A stretch of DNA of 64,000 nucleotides from Pseudomonadota bacterium (GCA_027618655.1 JAQCEL010000001.1:2238-66237), one strand, 5' to 3'; shown: positions 44,385 through 54,707, counted from the stretch's first letter. Notes: generated from the sequence alone by a model not told the origin. Made by a program: numbers and translations.

Positions 44385-45301
44385 CTACAGCTTCAAACAT
44401 TTCCTGTCCGTGTTGCAAAGCGACTGATTCGCAGTGGCTGGGCGACTTGCCCGGCATCGATAGATTCGCTGGCGAACGCTTAGCGCGTGAGCTTGTTGGC
44501 GGCAAGCTATATCGGTGTCGTAATTGCCAGCTAAAATTCCGGTATCCATTGCTCGATGCTGCGCAATATGACCAGATGTACGCGACGGGCGACAACGCGA
44601 TTTGGACAGGCGCTATTCTTCGGCCTGACTGGGATTTGGTGATCAATCAAATTAAGCGAGCAGGCTCTACTCGGCGATCGGTCCTTGATTTTGGTTGTCA
44701 TACCGGCGAACTACTTTCGCGATTGGATCCACAATACCGGCGCTTCGGCGTAGAGATTAATCGAACTGCGGCCCAGGTTGCGTCCGAGCGACATCACGTG
44801 AAGATTTGGTCTAGCTTGGACGAGATACCAGGCGATCTTCGGTTCGATGTTATCGTTGCCGTCGACGTAGTTGAACATATGCGCAACCCAAAAGATTTGA
44901 TCGACCGACTGAGTAATTTGTTGAGCGAGTCCGGGATCTTGATTGTGACAACGGGTGATGCGGAAAATCATTTCTGGAATCGATTCGGCGCCAATTGGTG
45001 GTACTGCATCAATCCGGAACACATTGCTTTTCTCTCCGAACCTTGGTTGAGTTATTTAACTCGGCAAAGTGAACTGAGTGTCGCGCAATGTCATCGGTTT
45101 CGCCACCGCAGTCTCGGAGCTTTCCGGCTATTTATCCACGCGCTATTTATGTTTTTCTATGGACTCTTTCCCGTCACGTATGTGCGCATCAGTAAAATGA
45201 TAAAGAAAATACGCTCACGTCATACCGAAGATCGAGTGCTCGGAAATGGAGTTAGTGCCGACCATTTGTTCATTGTGCTGACGAAAAATTTCGAACTATG
45301 A
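44381..45301 (+). CDS. class I SAM-dependent methyltransferase with N-terminal zinc ribbon
   Basis: The N-terminus carries a zinc ribbon (CPCC...CRNC), followed by a methyltransferase motif I-like region (VLDFGCHTGEL) and an acidic post-I motif. Start overlaps the flippase stop. Confidence 0.65.
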   Translation: MTTASNISCPCCKATDSQWLGDLPGIDRFAGERLARELVGGKLYRCRNCQLKFRYPLLDAAQYDQMYATGDNAIWTGAILRPDWDLVINQIKRAGSTRRSVLDFGCHTGELLSRLDPQYRRFGVEINRTAAQVASERHHVKIWSSLDEIPGDLRFDVIVAVDVVEHMRNPKDLIDRLSNLLSESGILIVTTGDAENHFWNRFGANWWYCINPEHIAFLSEPWLSYLTRQSELSVAQCHRFRHRSLGAFRLFIHALFMFFYGLFPVTYVRISKMIKKIRSRHTEDRVLGNGVSADHLFIVLTKNFEL

Positions 45302-45418
45302 ATAACTCCAACCATGGAGTTCAAAGGGAATTCGTGTGTTAGTTACTGAGAATCACCTGGCGGGCTGTAGTTACGTCTCGTACGTAATTACTGATCGCTA
45401 TAATCAACATGGTTCGTA

Positions 45419-46201
45419 GTGGACTTACCGGTGTCTGACATAAAATTCTCGGTGATCACGGTGTCACTCAACTCTGAAAATGATATCGAGAAAACCATTA
45501 TCAGTGTGGCGAGCCAAAACTACCCAAACAAAGAACACATAGTTATTGATGGCGGATCCGTCGACGCTACTGTAGATATCATTCGAAAATACGATGATAA
45601 AATTTCGTTTTGGGTTTCCGAACCGGATAGCGGAATAGCGGATGCGATGAATAAGGGGATCTCGTACGCAACTGGAGATTACCTGTTGTTCATTAATTCC
45701 GACGATTATCTAATCAACGAGAATGTATTGAAAAACATCTTCGAATCAGTTCAGGAAAGGCTTGATTACTATATTTTCAAAGTGCACTCGGTTTATCCTG
45801 ATAACAAAACAAGACTTTTGCCGAACAATGATTTTAGTTTCGCTACAAATTTTAAAATGAGGTCCTGTCATCAAGGGCACGTGATATCGAGGAAATTATT
45901 CAAACACTACGGCGGCTACGATTGTTCGTTCAGAATAGGGATGGACTATGAGTTTGTTTTACGCGTACTGCGACAGGGGATAAAGTCACGGTCTGTCGAC
46001 TTGGTTATTTCCGGCATGGGGCAAGCAGGCATCAGTTCTCGGAAAGACTGGGCTGGTCTTGAACAGAGGTTTATGGACGAACGCAAAGCCCAGACAAAGA
46101 ACTGTCCGAATATCGTGTTTGCGGCGCTTTATCTCATATATTGGCATCTGTACATTGCATATAGAAAAATTTCACACGTTTTCCAAAAAGATCATATTTA
46201 G
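45419..46201 (+). CDS. family 2 glycosyltransferase (GT-A fold)
   Basis: FSVITVSLNSEN...IVIDGGSVDAT and a later DxD-like NSDDY motif. Confidence 0.7.
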   Translation: MDLPVSDIKFSVITVSLNSENDIEKTIISVASQNYPNKEHIVIDGGSVDATVDIIRKYDDKISFWVSEPDSGIADAMNKGISYATGDYLLFINSDDYLINENVLKNIFESVQERLDYYIFKVHSVYPDNKTRLLPNNDFSFATNFKMRSCHQGHVISRKLFKHYGGYDCSFRIGMDYEFVLRVLRQGIKSRSVDLVISGMGQAGISSRKDWAGLEQRFMDERKAQTKNCPNIVFAALYLIYWHLYIAYRKISHVFQKDHI

Positions 46202-46399
46202 ATCTACAAATTTTGAGTTTAAAGATTTTGATACTGTCGTTAACTGGCGTGACAGATACCCGGTTTCGCGAGTCATGCGGGCTTCCCTTGGCGTTCGCAT
46301 TAGTGGAAATCAGGAAAGTATGTACGATCAAAGCAAATCCCTGTCGTGACTGAGACTCGTTCGATAATTACTTCGAGCCCCTCGTCATAGAATTTCTGT

Positions 46400-47533
46400 A
46401 TGGCTAAGGTCACACTGATTACTCGCAATTTCCCGCCGTTAACGGGCGGCATGGAACGACTACTGCAACAAGTTTATTGGGGATTGAAAGACCATCACAA
46501 TTGTGACCTGGTTGGGCCAAATGGGTGCCGAGATTATGCCGATCATGACGACGTAATCTCCGAGACTTCCGTTTCGCCGACACCGCTGTTTTTGCTGTTC
46601 AGTTTTGTAAAAAGCATCTATCGGTTTTCAATCACCGGAAAGCCTGATCTCGTCGTTGGCGGTAGTGGGCTTGTCGGTCCGGTTGTGGTGCTGCTCGCCC
46701 GCATATTTAGGGTCAAATCAGTTCTTTTGGTTCACGGGCTAGATATCGTCGTTGCGTCGCGCATCTACCAGTTTCTGTTTGTCCCGTTTTTGCGCCGTGC
46801 CGACTTGGTTATTTGCAACAGCAACAATACCCGCGAATTAGCGATCCGAAGCGGTGTGCGGGCTGATCGGATAGAAATAATTCGCCCGGGTGTTGCGATC
46901 CCCACTAGCCCTTTATCACAGGTACAGGCGAGCGAACTGTTAGGCTTACATGACAAGACGATGCTGTTGTCCGTAGGACGCCTGATCCCGCGCAAGGGGA
47001 TTGCTGAGTTCATCACCAATTCGTTCGTTGAATTGGCCTCAAAAAACCCAAACCTTGAGCTGTGGATAGCTGGAAGTGAACCGCAAAGCGCTTTGAATAA
47101 ACACCACGGCTCCGTTCTGGAGTCGATTAATGAGGCTGTCCGTCTGCACGGACTTGAGTCCCGAATTAGACTTCTTGGACGGGTCGATGACGCAAAACTT
47201 GAACAATTATATGCCGCCGCCGATGTTTTCATTTTTCCTCTAATCGATACTCCGGGCGACGTGGAAGGGTTTGGCATGGTTGCGATCGAGGCAGCGGTCT
47301 ACGGAACACCGACAGTTGCATTCGATTGCGGGGGTGTCAGTGATGCGGTGGAGAATGGGAAAAATGGTTACCTCGTTGAACCGGGTGATTATCCTGAGTT
47401 CGCCAACTGTGTTATGCGCGCGATAGTCACACATCGTCGCGAACAGGCGATGGAATACGCGAAGACTTTTTCTCGGGCGAATTACTCTCGTCAATTGAAC
47501 AACGCAATCGATCACGTTCTACGGTCGCGTTAG
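46400..47533 (+). CDS. family 4 (GT-B fold) glycosyltransferase
   Basis: C-terminal motif EGFGMVAIEAAVYGTPTVAFDCGGVSDAV...GYLVEPGD (EX7E-type retaining GT4). Confidence 0.75.
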   Translation: MAKVTLITRNFPPLTGGMERLLQQVYWGLKDHHNCDLVGPNGCRDYADHDDVISETSVSPTPLFLLFSFVKSIYRFSITGKPDLVVGGSGLVGPVVVLLARIFRVKSVLLVHGLDIVVASRIYQFLFVPFLRRADLVICNSNNTRELAIRSGVRADRIEIIRPGVAIPTSPLSQVQASELLGLHDKTMLLSVGRLIPRKGIAEFITNSFVELASKNPNLELWIAGSEPQSALNKHHGSVLESINEAVRLHGLESRIRLLGRVDDAKLEQLYAAADVFIFPLIDTPGDVEGFGMVAIEAAVYGTPTVAFDCGGVSDAVENGKNGYLVEPGDYPEFANCVMRAIVTHRREQAMEYAKTFSRANYSRQLNNAIDHVLRSR

Positions 47534-47711
47534 AGAGTGTGAGCGTGTTTGACTTCAGCGCGAGAGATATGGACCCAGAGATTGGCGCATAGTGGCTAAG
47601 TGCATATTTCACAAGTTACGAATGTGAACGCGGCGAAATTACCTTTGATGCTCGGATTCGTATTGTGTCCGCAAGTGGCCGTTGCGTTGAATTGATTTAG
47701 GTGAAGCTCAC

Positions 47712-48827
47712 ATGAGAATCGCGCTAATTTGCAAACGACACTACACCAACAAGGACCTCATCTCAGAGAAGTTTGGCCGTCTTTATCACTTTCCTTACCA
47801 CTGGGTTAAAGGGGGCCACGACGTTTACGTAAATGCCACCCACTACAGCGCCCTCTCAGTTCATAACTACGTCTATGACGGAATTATGGTAGATAGCGTG
47901 CCTATCTGGAATCCGCTTCGCTGGTACCAAAGATTGGTGCGTGATCCAATCGAAGCATTCCGTCCCGACATCGTTGTGGCGAGTGGAGATAGCCACTTCG
48001 GCATGCTCGGCCACCGGATAGCTCGACAACTCGGCGTAGCATTTGCATTCGATGTCTATGACGATTATTCAAAATTCGGCACTAATAGGCTTCCGTTTAT
48101 CGGAAAAATGTTCGAGAAAACGATTCGTGCGGCCGATTTGGTGGTTTGTGCAAGCGAACCGCTAAGCGAGAGAATTGCGCACCTATCGCGTTCAATCGTA
48201 GTGGCCGAGCAGGGTTCAGATTTCGATTTATTTAAGCCGATCGATCAGAACCTTTGTAGAGCACGCTATAAGTTACCGACGACTGTGACACTCCTAGGCT
48301 TTTGCGGATCTATCGATAGCCGCTTCGATTTACCGTTACTGCTACAAAGCCTGGAAACTCTGAACGAGAAACATGGACCTACGAAGCTTGTCGTTTGCGG
48401 GCCAAATGTCGAACGACTAGATCTAAGCGATCAACACATTATTTACCTCGGCCCAAAACCACAAAAAGAAGTTCCATTCATTATTGGTGCATGCGATTTA
48501 ATGTTGATGCCCTATAGAAAAACCGCACTTTCAGAAACGTGCAATCCGTGCAAACTGTCGGAATATATCGGGTGCGAAAAGCCGATTGTTTCGTCGAACG
48601 TGTCGAATGTGGCCGACTACATGCGTGGAAGTGAAAAGGGCCTCTACGAGCCTGGAACAGTTGAAAGCTTTTTGACTGCTGTAGGCGAACAGCTTTCGGA
48701 CCCGCAGCTTGTCGAGAAGACGAACGCTCTTGAATGGAGCGTGATAGCGGATCGGTACAGTATTTTCTTGAGCACGGCCATCGAATCCCGGGCAAATGCA
48801 CAACGAGCCAATGGTGCGCGATCCTAA
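47712..48827 (+). CDS. GT-B fold glycosyltransferase (GT4-like)
   Basis: 371 aa. N-terminal domain MRIALICKRHY.... C-terminal sugar-donor-binding-like region ...MPYRKTALSETCNPCKLSEYIGCEKPIV. Confidence 0.6.
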   Translation: MRIALICKRHYTNKDLISEKFGRLYHFPYHWVKGGHDVYVNATHYSALSVHNYVYDGIMVDSVPIWNPLRWYQRLVRDPIEAFRPDIVVASGDSHFGMLGHRIARQLGVAFAFDVYDDYSKFGTNRLPFIGKMFEKTIRAADLVVCASEPLSERIAHLSRSIVVAEQGSDFDLFKPIDQNLCRARYKLPTTVTLLGFCGSIDSRFDLPLLLQSLETLNEKHGPTKLVVCGPNVERLDLSDQHIIYLGPKPQKEVPFIIGACDLMLMPYRKTALSETCNPCKLSEYIGCEKPIVSSNVSNVADYMRGSEKGLYEPGTVESFLTAVGEQLSDPQLVEKTNALEWSVIADRYSIFLSTAIESRANAQRANGARS

Positions 48828-49246
48828 TGCGCTCTGAAGAATCGATTGGTACTTCCGCCTTAGTCCCTCTGCGTACATTGAGTCTCCAATCGCCTCGAGG
48901 GCACGCACACCGGGGATCCGTTCTACTCATTTTATCGGCGACTGCGCTTATGAATGGGTCTGCGTAACCACGTAGCGGGGTGCTTGGAATGGTACTAGTC
49001 GGCTGCAAGCTTGCGGCTGGCTTAACTGCTACCAATAATTTCTGGGCAGCCAACAATGCGATCCGGCGCAGTTGAAACCATCGCCTGAAGCCTTACTCAA
49101 ATTTTTCAGATCGTAGCGATGTGTCTAGCTAGCAAGTTGATGAGCAAATATGCGACAGTGTCATGGAAAGTACATAGCAGTTTTATGTATATGTGGTTTA
49201 AGCGAACTTCACGAATTTACTGCGGCAGGCAAATATCGATTCCATA

Positions 49247-49975
49247 TTGTTAGAGGTATATATGACAGATAACAACAAAGCACTGGAAGAGATGAAGTCG
49301 TTTTACGACGATGTTTACTACGCGAACGCGGATAAACCATTGCAAAATTTCCGACACTTATCCGGGCTCGCGACGAAATTAAAGATAGCGTCATCGGATT
49401 CTGTTCTCGATATTGCCTGCGGTCTGGGCGAATGGTTAAAGGTCTGCGATTCGCGCGGTGCAAATGTTCACGGAATCGATCTATCACAGCGAGCCATCGA
49501 CTATTGCAAAAAACAAATACCGAGCGGTGAATTCTTCGCGCAAGCTGCCGAAGTGTTACCTTTCGATAACGAAAGCTTTGATTACGTGACATGCCTTGGT
49601 TCTCTCGAACACTTTGTGGATCCAGTGATCGCACTGAAAGAGATGGCGAGAGTATCTAAACGCGGAGCACGATTCGTCATCTTGGTGCCGAATGCCGATT
49701 TTCTCACTCGCAAACTGAAACTTTATTACGGTACGAACCAGAAAGACGCAAAGGAAGTTGTCAGGACGCTTGATGAATGGGAACGATTGTTCAACGAGGC
49801 TGGATTAACGGTCACCAGCAAATGGAAAGATCTCCACGTATTATCGTGGGCTTGGATTTCAATGAACGGCTGGACGCACGCGCCAATTAGGGGCCTGCAA
49901 GCGCTTGCTTTAGCGCTGTGGCCATTAAAGTGGCAATACCAGGTATACCATCTTTGTGAAAAATCGAAGGCGTGA
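49247..49975 (+). CDS. class I SAM-dependent methyltransferase
   Basis: Motif I VLDIACGLGEW, post-I GIDLS, and a Methyltransf_11-like layout. Confidence 0.7.
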   Translation: MLEVYMTDNNKALEEMKSFYDDVYYANADKPLQNFRHLSGLATKLKIASSDSVLDIACGLGEWLKVCDSRGANVHGIDLSQRAIDYCKKQIPSGEFFAQAAEVLPFDNESFDYVTCLGSLEHFVDPVIALKEMARVSKRGARFVILVPNADFLTRKLKLYYGTNQKDAKEVVRTLDEWERLFNEAGLTVTSKWKDLHVLSWAWISMNGWTHAPIRGLQALALALWPLKWQYQVYHLCEKSKA

Positions 49976-50604
49976 ATTATCTTACCCATCGACATGCGAC
50001 AACGAGCGTTTTGACTTTCAACCTGTTTTGTTTTTTGTTCGTGAAGCTGAACAAGGAGACGAACGCTTAGAAGCGTGCACTGGCTACGAGAATGCTACGG
50101 CGATCGGTAGTTATATCGATATCACGAATTTTCAATAGTTGTACGGTACGAAGAAACGAGCGGTATACGTAAAATTCTAAATACGACTTGGCTTCGCTTG
50201 GAGTCACGTGCGGATTCGCAAATAGAAGCCTGACGGTCACAGTTTCGCTTAGCGTAATCGTGTTCGTGCTCTATCGACGGTTCCGAGGGCTGGCCAGCTA
50301 ACATTGCTTCAGTTTTGACCCTAAGAACCGATATGCTTTCGTACGACATAGAATCTTCTCGCGATCGAAAATTCGCATTTAAAGTCGATTTAGGGGCAAC
50401 TCGAATGTACCCGGCGTAATTTTCCATTGCTGGGTTCGCTGCGGGGCCATACCCGGTATTTTATGATATCGTCGGGGAAACAAAAGCAACTAAAGGTACC
50501 CGACCAGCTGCAAGCCGGGCTTACGCTCGCGCTGCATGTAGATAACACCAGAAACTACTGCCCGACGTAGTATCGTAAATGTCTAGCCATAGAAGATTAA
50601 TGCC

Positions 50605-51294
50605 GTGAATAAAATTGAATCCTTTGAGCAATTTCTTGCGACCCAAAGTGTCCAGCTACCACTAGTAAATTTTTGCTTCAATCTACTTTTGGCTGCAGCG
50701 CTCGGGTATGTGGTCGGTCGAGTTTATGTGAAATATGGATATTCCATTTCGAACAGAAAGAGTTTTTCCCGTAATCTATTATTAATTGCGATGACCACGA
50801 TGGTCGTCATCAGTATAGTGAAGAGTTCATTAGCCTTGTCCCTTGGTTTAGTTGGCGCGCTGTCTATTGTTCGGTTCCGAACTGCGATAAAAGAACCAGA
50901 GGAACTGGCTTATTTATTTATCGCAATAACAATCGGCCTAGGTCTTGGGGCGGATCAATTCGTCCCGACAGTTATCGCGGTTTTGCTGATAACAGCAGTC
51001 ATTGTTATTGCCCGATCTAGGGATCAATCAAGTTCAAGCGAATCCAACCTGTACATAACGATTTCAAGTAACAACAGCAAAGCCGTTTCGCTTGAAAACA
51101 TTACGGAAATTATTAAACCGTCATGTGTGGAACTATCATTAAAACGCTTTGACCAAAGTGGCAGTGGAATAGAAGTTGTGTTCCATGCTCTATTCAATGA
51201 TATTTCGAATTTTTCCACCGCCAAAGCTGGATTGCTGAATTTGTCAGATGACGTGACCGTATCGTTAATCGATCAACAAGGCATCGTTAGGTGA
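50605..51294 (+). CDS. DUF4956 domain membrane protein
   Basis: Multi-pass membrane protein with the GLVGALSIVRFRTAIKEP signature, which I recognise from DUF4956. Its stop overlaps the CotH gene start. Confidence 0.6.
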   Translation: MNKIESFEQFLATQSVQLPLVNFCFNLLLAAALGYVVGRVYVKYGYSISNRKSFSRNLLLIAMTTMVVISIVKSSLALSLGLVGALSIVRFRTAIKEPEELAYLFIAITIGLGLGADQFVPTVIAVLLITAVIVIARSRDQSSSSESNLYITISSNNSKAVSLENITEIIKPSCVELSLKRFDQSGSGIEVVFHALFNDISNFSTAKAGLLNLSDDVTVSLIDQQGIVR

Positions 51295-53906
51295 AGATTA
51301 AGTCAATCTCTGCGTCCGGGAAGGTTCAAAAAGCATCAAATCTTAATAGCAAAGTAGGCGCAAGCCGTCTTAATAGGCTGTACCAAATAGTATTTTTTCT
51401 AAACGTAATAGTTTTGGCACTAGCCGCCTACCTTTCTACTCAACACTATTGGCTTATCGTTAAGGCTGCTGACAAGTTGGATGCCACTTTTGGGATTTAC
51501 GACGTTAAGCACATTGGTGCGTTCGTCAATCAACGCTTACAAGGTTTCTTGGTTAAACCTGAAGTGTTGCAAATCGATATTAAGCATATCAACGTGCAAA
51601 ATTTGGAATATCAGCGTGACACTGCGCTGAATGGCGTTACAGAATTTACGTACGTGCCGGCGGATCTTATTTACGAAGGGAAAAAATTTAAATCTAAGTT
51701 GAGGCTGAAAGGCGATAGAGATATTCATTTTGACCATCTGGATACGGCATCCTATCGAGTGAAGATACGTGGCAATCAATCTCTGTGGGGTATGAAGTTC
51801 TTCTCACTTCATAAACCTCGTGCCAGAAACTATATTCACGAATGGATTTTCCTCGAGATGATGAATAAGGAAGGAGTTATCAGTCCACGATATAAATTCG
51901 TAAAGGTCGTGGTGAACGGCAAAGACAATGGTGTGTATGCGGTAGAAGAACACTACACGAAACTACTACTCGAGAACCGTCAGAGTAGAGAGGGTCCGAT
52001 TTTACGGTTCGACGAAAGCACCGGAACAAATTACGTAACTTCGACTATTACTCCGTACGAACAGTCGAAATGGCTGTCAAAAGAAAATCTTCCTGTTGCG
52101 CAAATTGCCATTCAGCTTCTCGAAGGATACCGCCGTGGGGAGTTGGCTTTTCCGGAGGTTTTTGACGTAAAAAAATGGGCTATTTTTTTCGCCGTTAGTG
52201 ACATGACGTCGAGCATGCACGCGCAAATATCGAAAAGCCTGCGTATCTATTACAACCCGATCACTTCACGATTGGAACCAATTCCTTTTGATGGACATTA
52301 CGGGACGTGTGATAAACGGTCGCCATTTATTGCCGCAGAGCTAGGTATCACGGAAGAAAAAAATTGGACTTATGCGACAGACAGAGATTGGTTTTACGGT
52401 CTATTTAATGACCCGAAGTCATCCAATCAGGAATTTCTCGCGGCCTATATTGCTGAACTTGAAAAACTGAGTAACGTCGATTATCTGGACAAGTTTTTTG
52501 CCACGGCTAGAGCTGATCTGGATCACAATCTTGCAATTATCAATAGTGAAACTAATTGGCATGACAATATCTTTTCGTTTGGGCCGATCCCATACGTATA
52601 CAAAGAATCCGATTACTACGATATCGCTAAGTATGTGCGCGGTTTGCTGATCCCAAGATTAGATGCTTTCGTCGTTGAGCATACAGAGAACGAAATCGTA
52701 GTTGAAATCATAAATCGGCATAAGGCACTGCCAGTTCTAATTCTGGGGGCAGGTTGCGGATCCTCGGTATTTAGAGCGAAGGATCCGATAAAGGTAAATG
52801 CTAGAACTGCCTCTAATAGAGAAGCTGAGCCTGTAAAGGTTGTCCTGGAGAAAATGGGGGTTGGTGACACGGCGAACGAGTGTCTACAGTTATTCGTGAA
52901 ACTGCCCGGTCTCGATTCGGTCCAACCAGTACCATTGCGGCCTTGGCGACCGTCCGATTCACAGGTACGGAAAAGCGACGTCGCGCGAAAACCGGGCAAT
53001 TATCAAAACTATGATTTCTTCGAACTGCGTGACGGTAAAAAATTGGTCATGTCTCAAGGACAACACACATTAGATGAGACGGTCGTCGTCGATGGTGTCG
53101 AAGAACTTCAAATCCATCCCGGGACAAATTTGACATTAACGAACAACGCGTCATTGATCGTGCGGGCGTCGGCGCAACTCCACGGGACATCGGAATTCCC
53201 AATTGTAATCCATGGCGACAATGGGGGCGGGTTTGCGGTGATCGGCGCGAAGGGCGAATCGAAAATCGAAAACGTCGTATTCGATAAATTGTCGAATCCG
53301 CAAGACGGGGCTTGGGCGTTAACTGGCGCAGTTACGTTTTATGAATCACCGGTGTCCATTCGAAGCACGCAATTCCTCAACAACAGTTCTGAAGACGCTT
53401 TTAACGGAATCCGTTCTAAAATCGAGATGGTGGATTCGACGTTCAAAAATGTCCTACGCGATGCGGTCGACGTCGACTTTGGAAATATCAAAATCCGAGA
53501 GCTCGTCTTTGAAGATGTCGGGAACGACGCGATCGATGTATCTGGTACTACGGCTGAGGTTGAATCAGTTTCGATTCGAAGGACTGGAGACAAAGGGATC
53601 AGTGTCGGCGAACGAAGTTCGCTCTATGGTAAGAATATAGACATAGCTAACGTAAAAATTGGTGTGGCTGGTAAGGATGGTTCGAAAGCGATATTTGACG
53701 GTTTGCGAATCGATCGTGCCAATATTGGATACGCGGTTTTTCAAAAAAAGCCAGAGCATGGTCCTGGGTTAATTGAGTCGCGTGGCACAGAGCACCACGG
53801 AGTTGGCGAGCTTGCGGTCGTTGAAATGGGCTCATCGTTGATGATCAACGGCATGATCTACGAAGGAAACTTAGCAGACATCCGCGAGCGCCTATACGAA
53901 GAATAG
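51291..53906 (+). CDS. CotH-family (atypical protein kinase fold) protein with N-terminal membrane anchor and C-terminal right-handed parallel beta-helix domain
   Basis: The N-terminus has a hydrophobic anchor (IVFFLNVIVLALAAYL). The central part has a CotH-like core (VVNGKDNGVYAVEEHYTKLLLENR...). The C-terminal ~300 aa hold repeated ~22-residue beta-helix coils (NNASLIVRAS..., DAIDVSGTTAEV..., GDKGISVGERSSL..., IDIANVKIGVAGKDG...). Confidence 0.6.
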   Translation: MKIKSISASGKVQKASNLNSKVGASRLNRLYQIVFFLNVIVLALAAYLSTQHYWLIVKAADKLDATFGIYDVKHIGAFVNQRLQGFLVKPEVLQIDIKHINVQNLEYQRDTALNGVTEFTYVPADLIYEGKKFKSKLRLKGDRDIHFDHLDTASYRVKIRGNQSLWGMKFFSLHKPRARNYIHEWIFLEMMNKEGVISPRYKFVKVVVNGKDNGVYAVEEHYTKLLLENRQSREGPILRFDESTGTNYVTSTITPYEQSKWLSKENLPVAQIAIQLLEGYRRGELAFPEVFDVKKWAIFFAVSDMTSSMHAQISKSLRIYYNPITSRLEPIPFDGHYGTCDKRSPFIAAELGITEEKNWTYATDRDWFYGLFNDPKSSNQEFLAAYIAELEKLSNVDYLDKFFATARADLDHNLAIINSETNWHDNIFSFGPIPYVYKESDYYDIAKYVRGLLIPRLDAFVVEHTENEIVVEIINRHKALPVLILGAGCGSSVFRAKDPIKVNARTASNREAEPVKVVLEKMGVGDTANECLQLFVKLPGLDSVQPVPLRPWRPSDSQVRKSDVARKPGNYQNYDFFELRDGKKLVMSQGQHTLDETVVVDGVEELQIHPGTNLTLTNNASLIVRASAQLHGTSEFPIVIHGDNGGGFAVIGAKGESKIENVVFDKLSNPQDGAWALTGAVTFYESPVSIRSTQFLNNSSEDAFNGIRSKIEMVDSTFKNVLRDAVDVDFGNIKIRELVFEDVGNDAIDVSGTTAEVESVSIRRTGDKGISVGERSSLYGKNIDIANVKIGVAGKDGSKAIFDGLRIDRANIGYAVFQKKPEHGPGLIESRGTEHHGVGELAVVEMGSSLMINGMIYEGNLADIRERLYEE

Positions 53907-53908
53907 TT

Positions 53909-54601
53909 GTGTTTCAAATGTCCTCCGATTGTTCTTACCGATACGAACGAAAGTTCCACACGACGTCTTTATTTCGCGAAGATGTCGTAAATATTATTAA
54001 GCTACATCCTGCGAACTTTGCGCTCGCGTATCCGGACCGATACGTCAATAATATTTACTTGGATACGGCGGAGTTCAATTGTTTCAACGATAACGTAGAT
54101 GGCGTTGCGTCTCGACGTAAATACCGAATACGCTGGTATGGAAACACCTTGGGTTTGGTTACAGCGCCGGTTCTTGAGGTAAAAGCGAAAGAAAATCTTG
54201 TCGGAACAAAGGCATCCTTTCCTCTTCCGACATTCAATGTGGATGAGGAATTCACCACAGATTCGCTGCGTAGGATATTCTCGAAAGCACAATTACCAGA
54301 ATTGATCCGCGTTACGCTCGGCGAATATTACCCGGTGTTACTCAATGGTTATCGACGCAAATATTTTGTTTCTTTCGATAATAAAGATGTCACGCATCTT
54401 GACGATAAAATGCACTATCGCGCGATCAAAGGTTGCGGAAATTACTATCTTGGTAAGGCGGTTGATGCGGAATCTGTGATTGTCGAACTAAAATATGGTC
54501 TTGATGGCACGGAAGAGCATAACTCGATCGCGAATTATTTGAACGTTCGAATGACGAAAAGCTCAAAATACGTTTCGGGGATTTTCGAAATCTATGGATG
54601 A
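53909..54601 (+). CDS. VTC-domain (polyphosphate polymerase-like / CYTH triphosphate tunnel) protein
   Basis: 230 aa starting ...YRYERKF, with charged beta-strand repeats. Follows DUF4956 and CotH, as in the recurrent three-gene module. Confidence 0.55.
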   Translation: MFQMSSDCSYRYERKFHTTSLFREDVVNIIKLHPANFALAYPDRYVNNIYLDTAEFNCFNDNVDGVASRRKYRIRWYGNTLGLVTAPVLEVKAKENLVGTKASFPLPTFNVDEEFTTDSLRRIFSKAQLPELIRVTLGEYYPVLLNGYRRKYFVSFDNKDVTHLDDKMHYRAIKGCGNYYLGKAVDAESVIVELKYGLDGTEEHNSIANYLNVRMTKSSKYVSGIFEIYG

Positions 54602-54707
54602 CAGCTCAGCTCGCACAGGCGCGTAGCAATCGCTGCTGTCTGGCAGTGCCAGTTGTCGCTCTTCTAGTCGATCTTTGACAATATTCAAATGTCCGGTGCG
54701 GTTATTT

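Noticed and set aside
46765-47277. 170-aa ORF antisense to the GT4 gene
   Set aside because: Completely embedded antisense to a gene with clear GT4 motifs.
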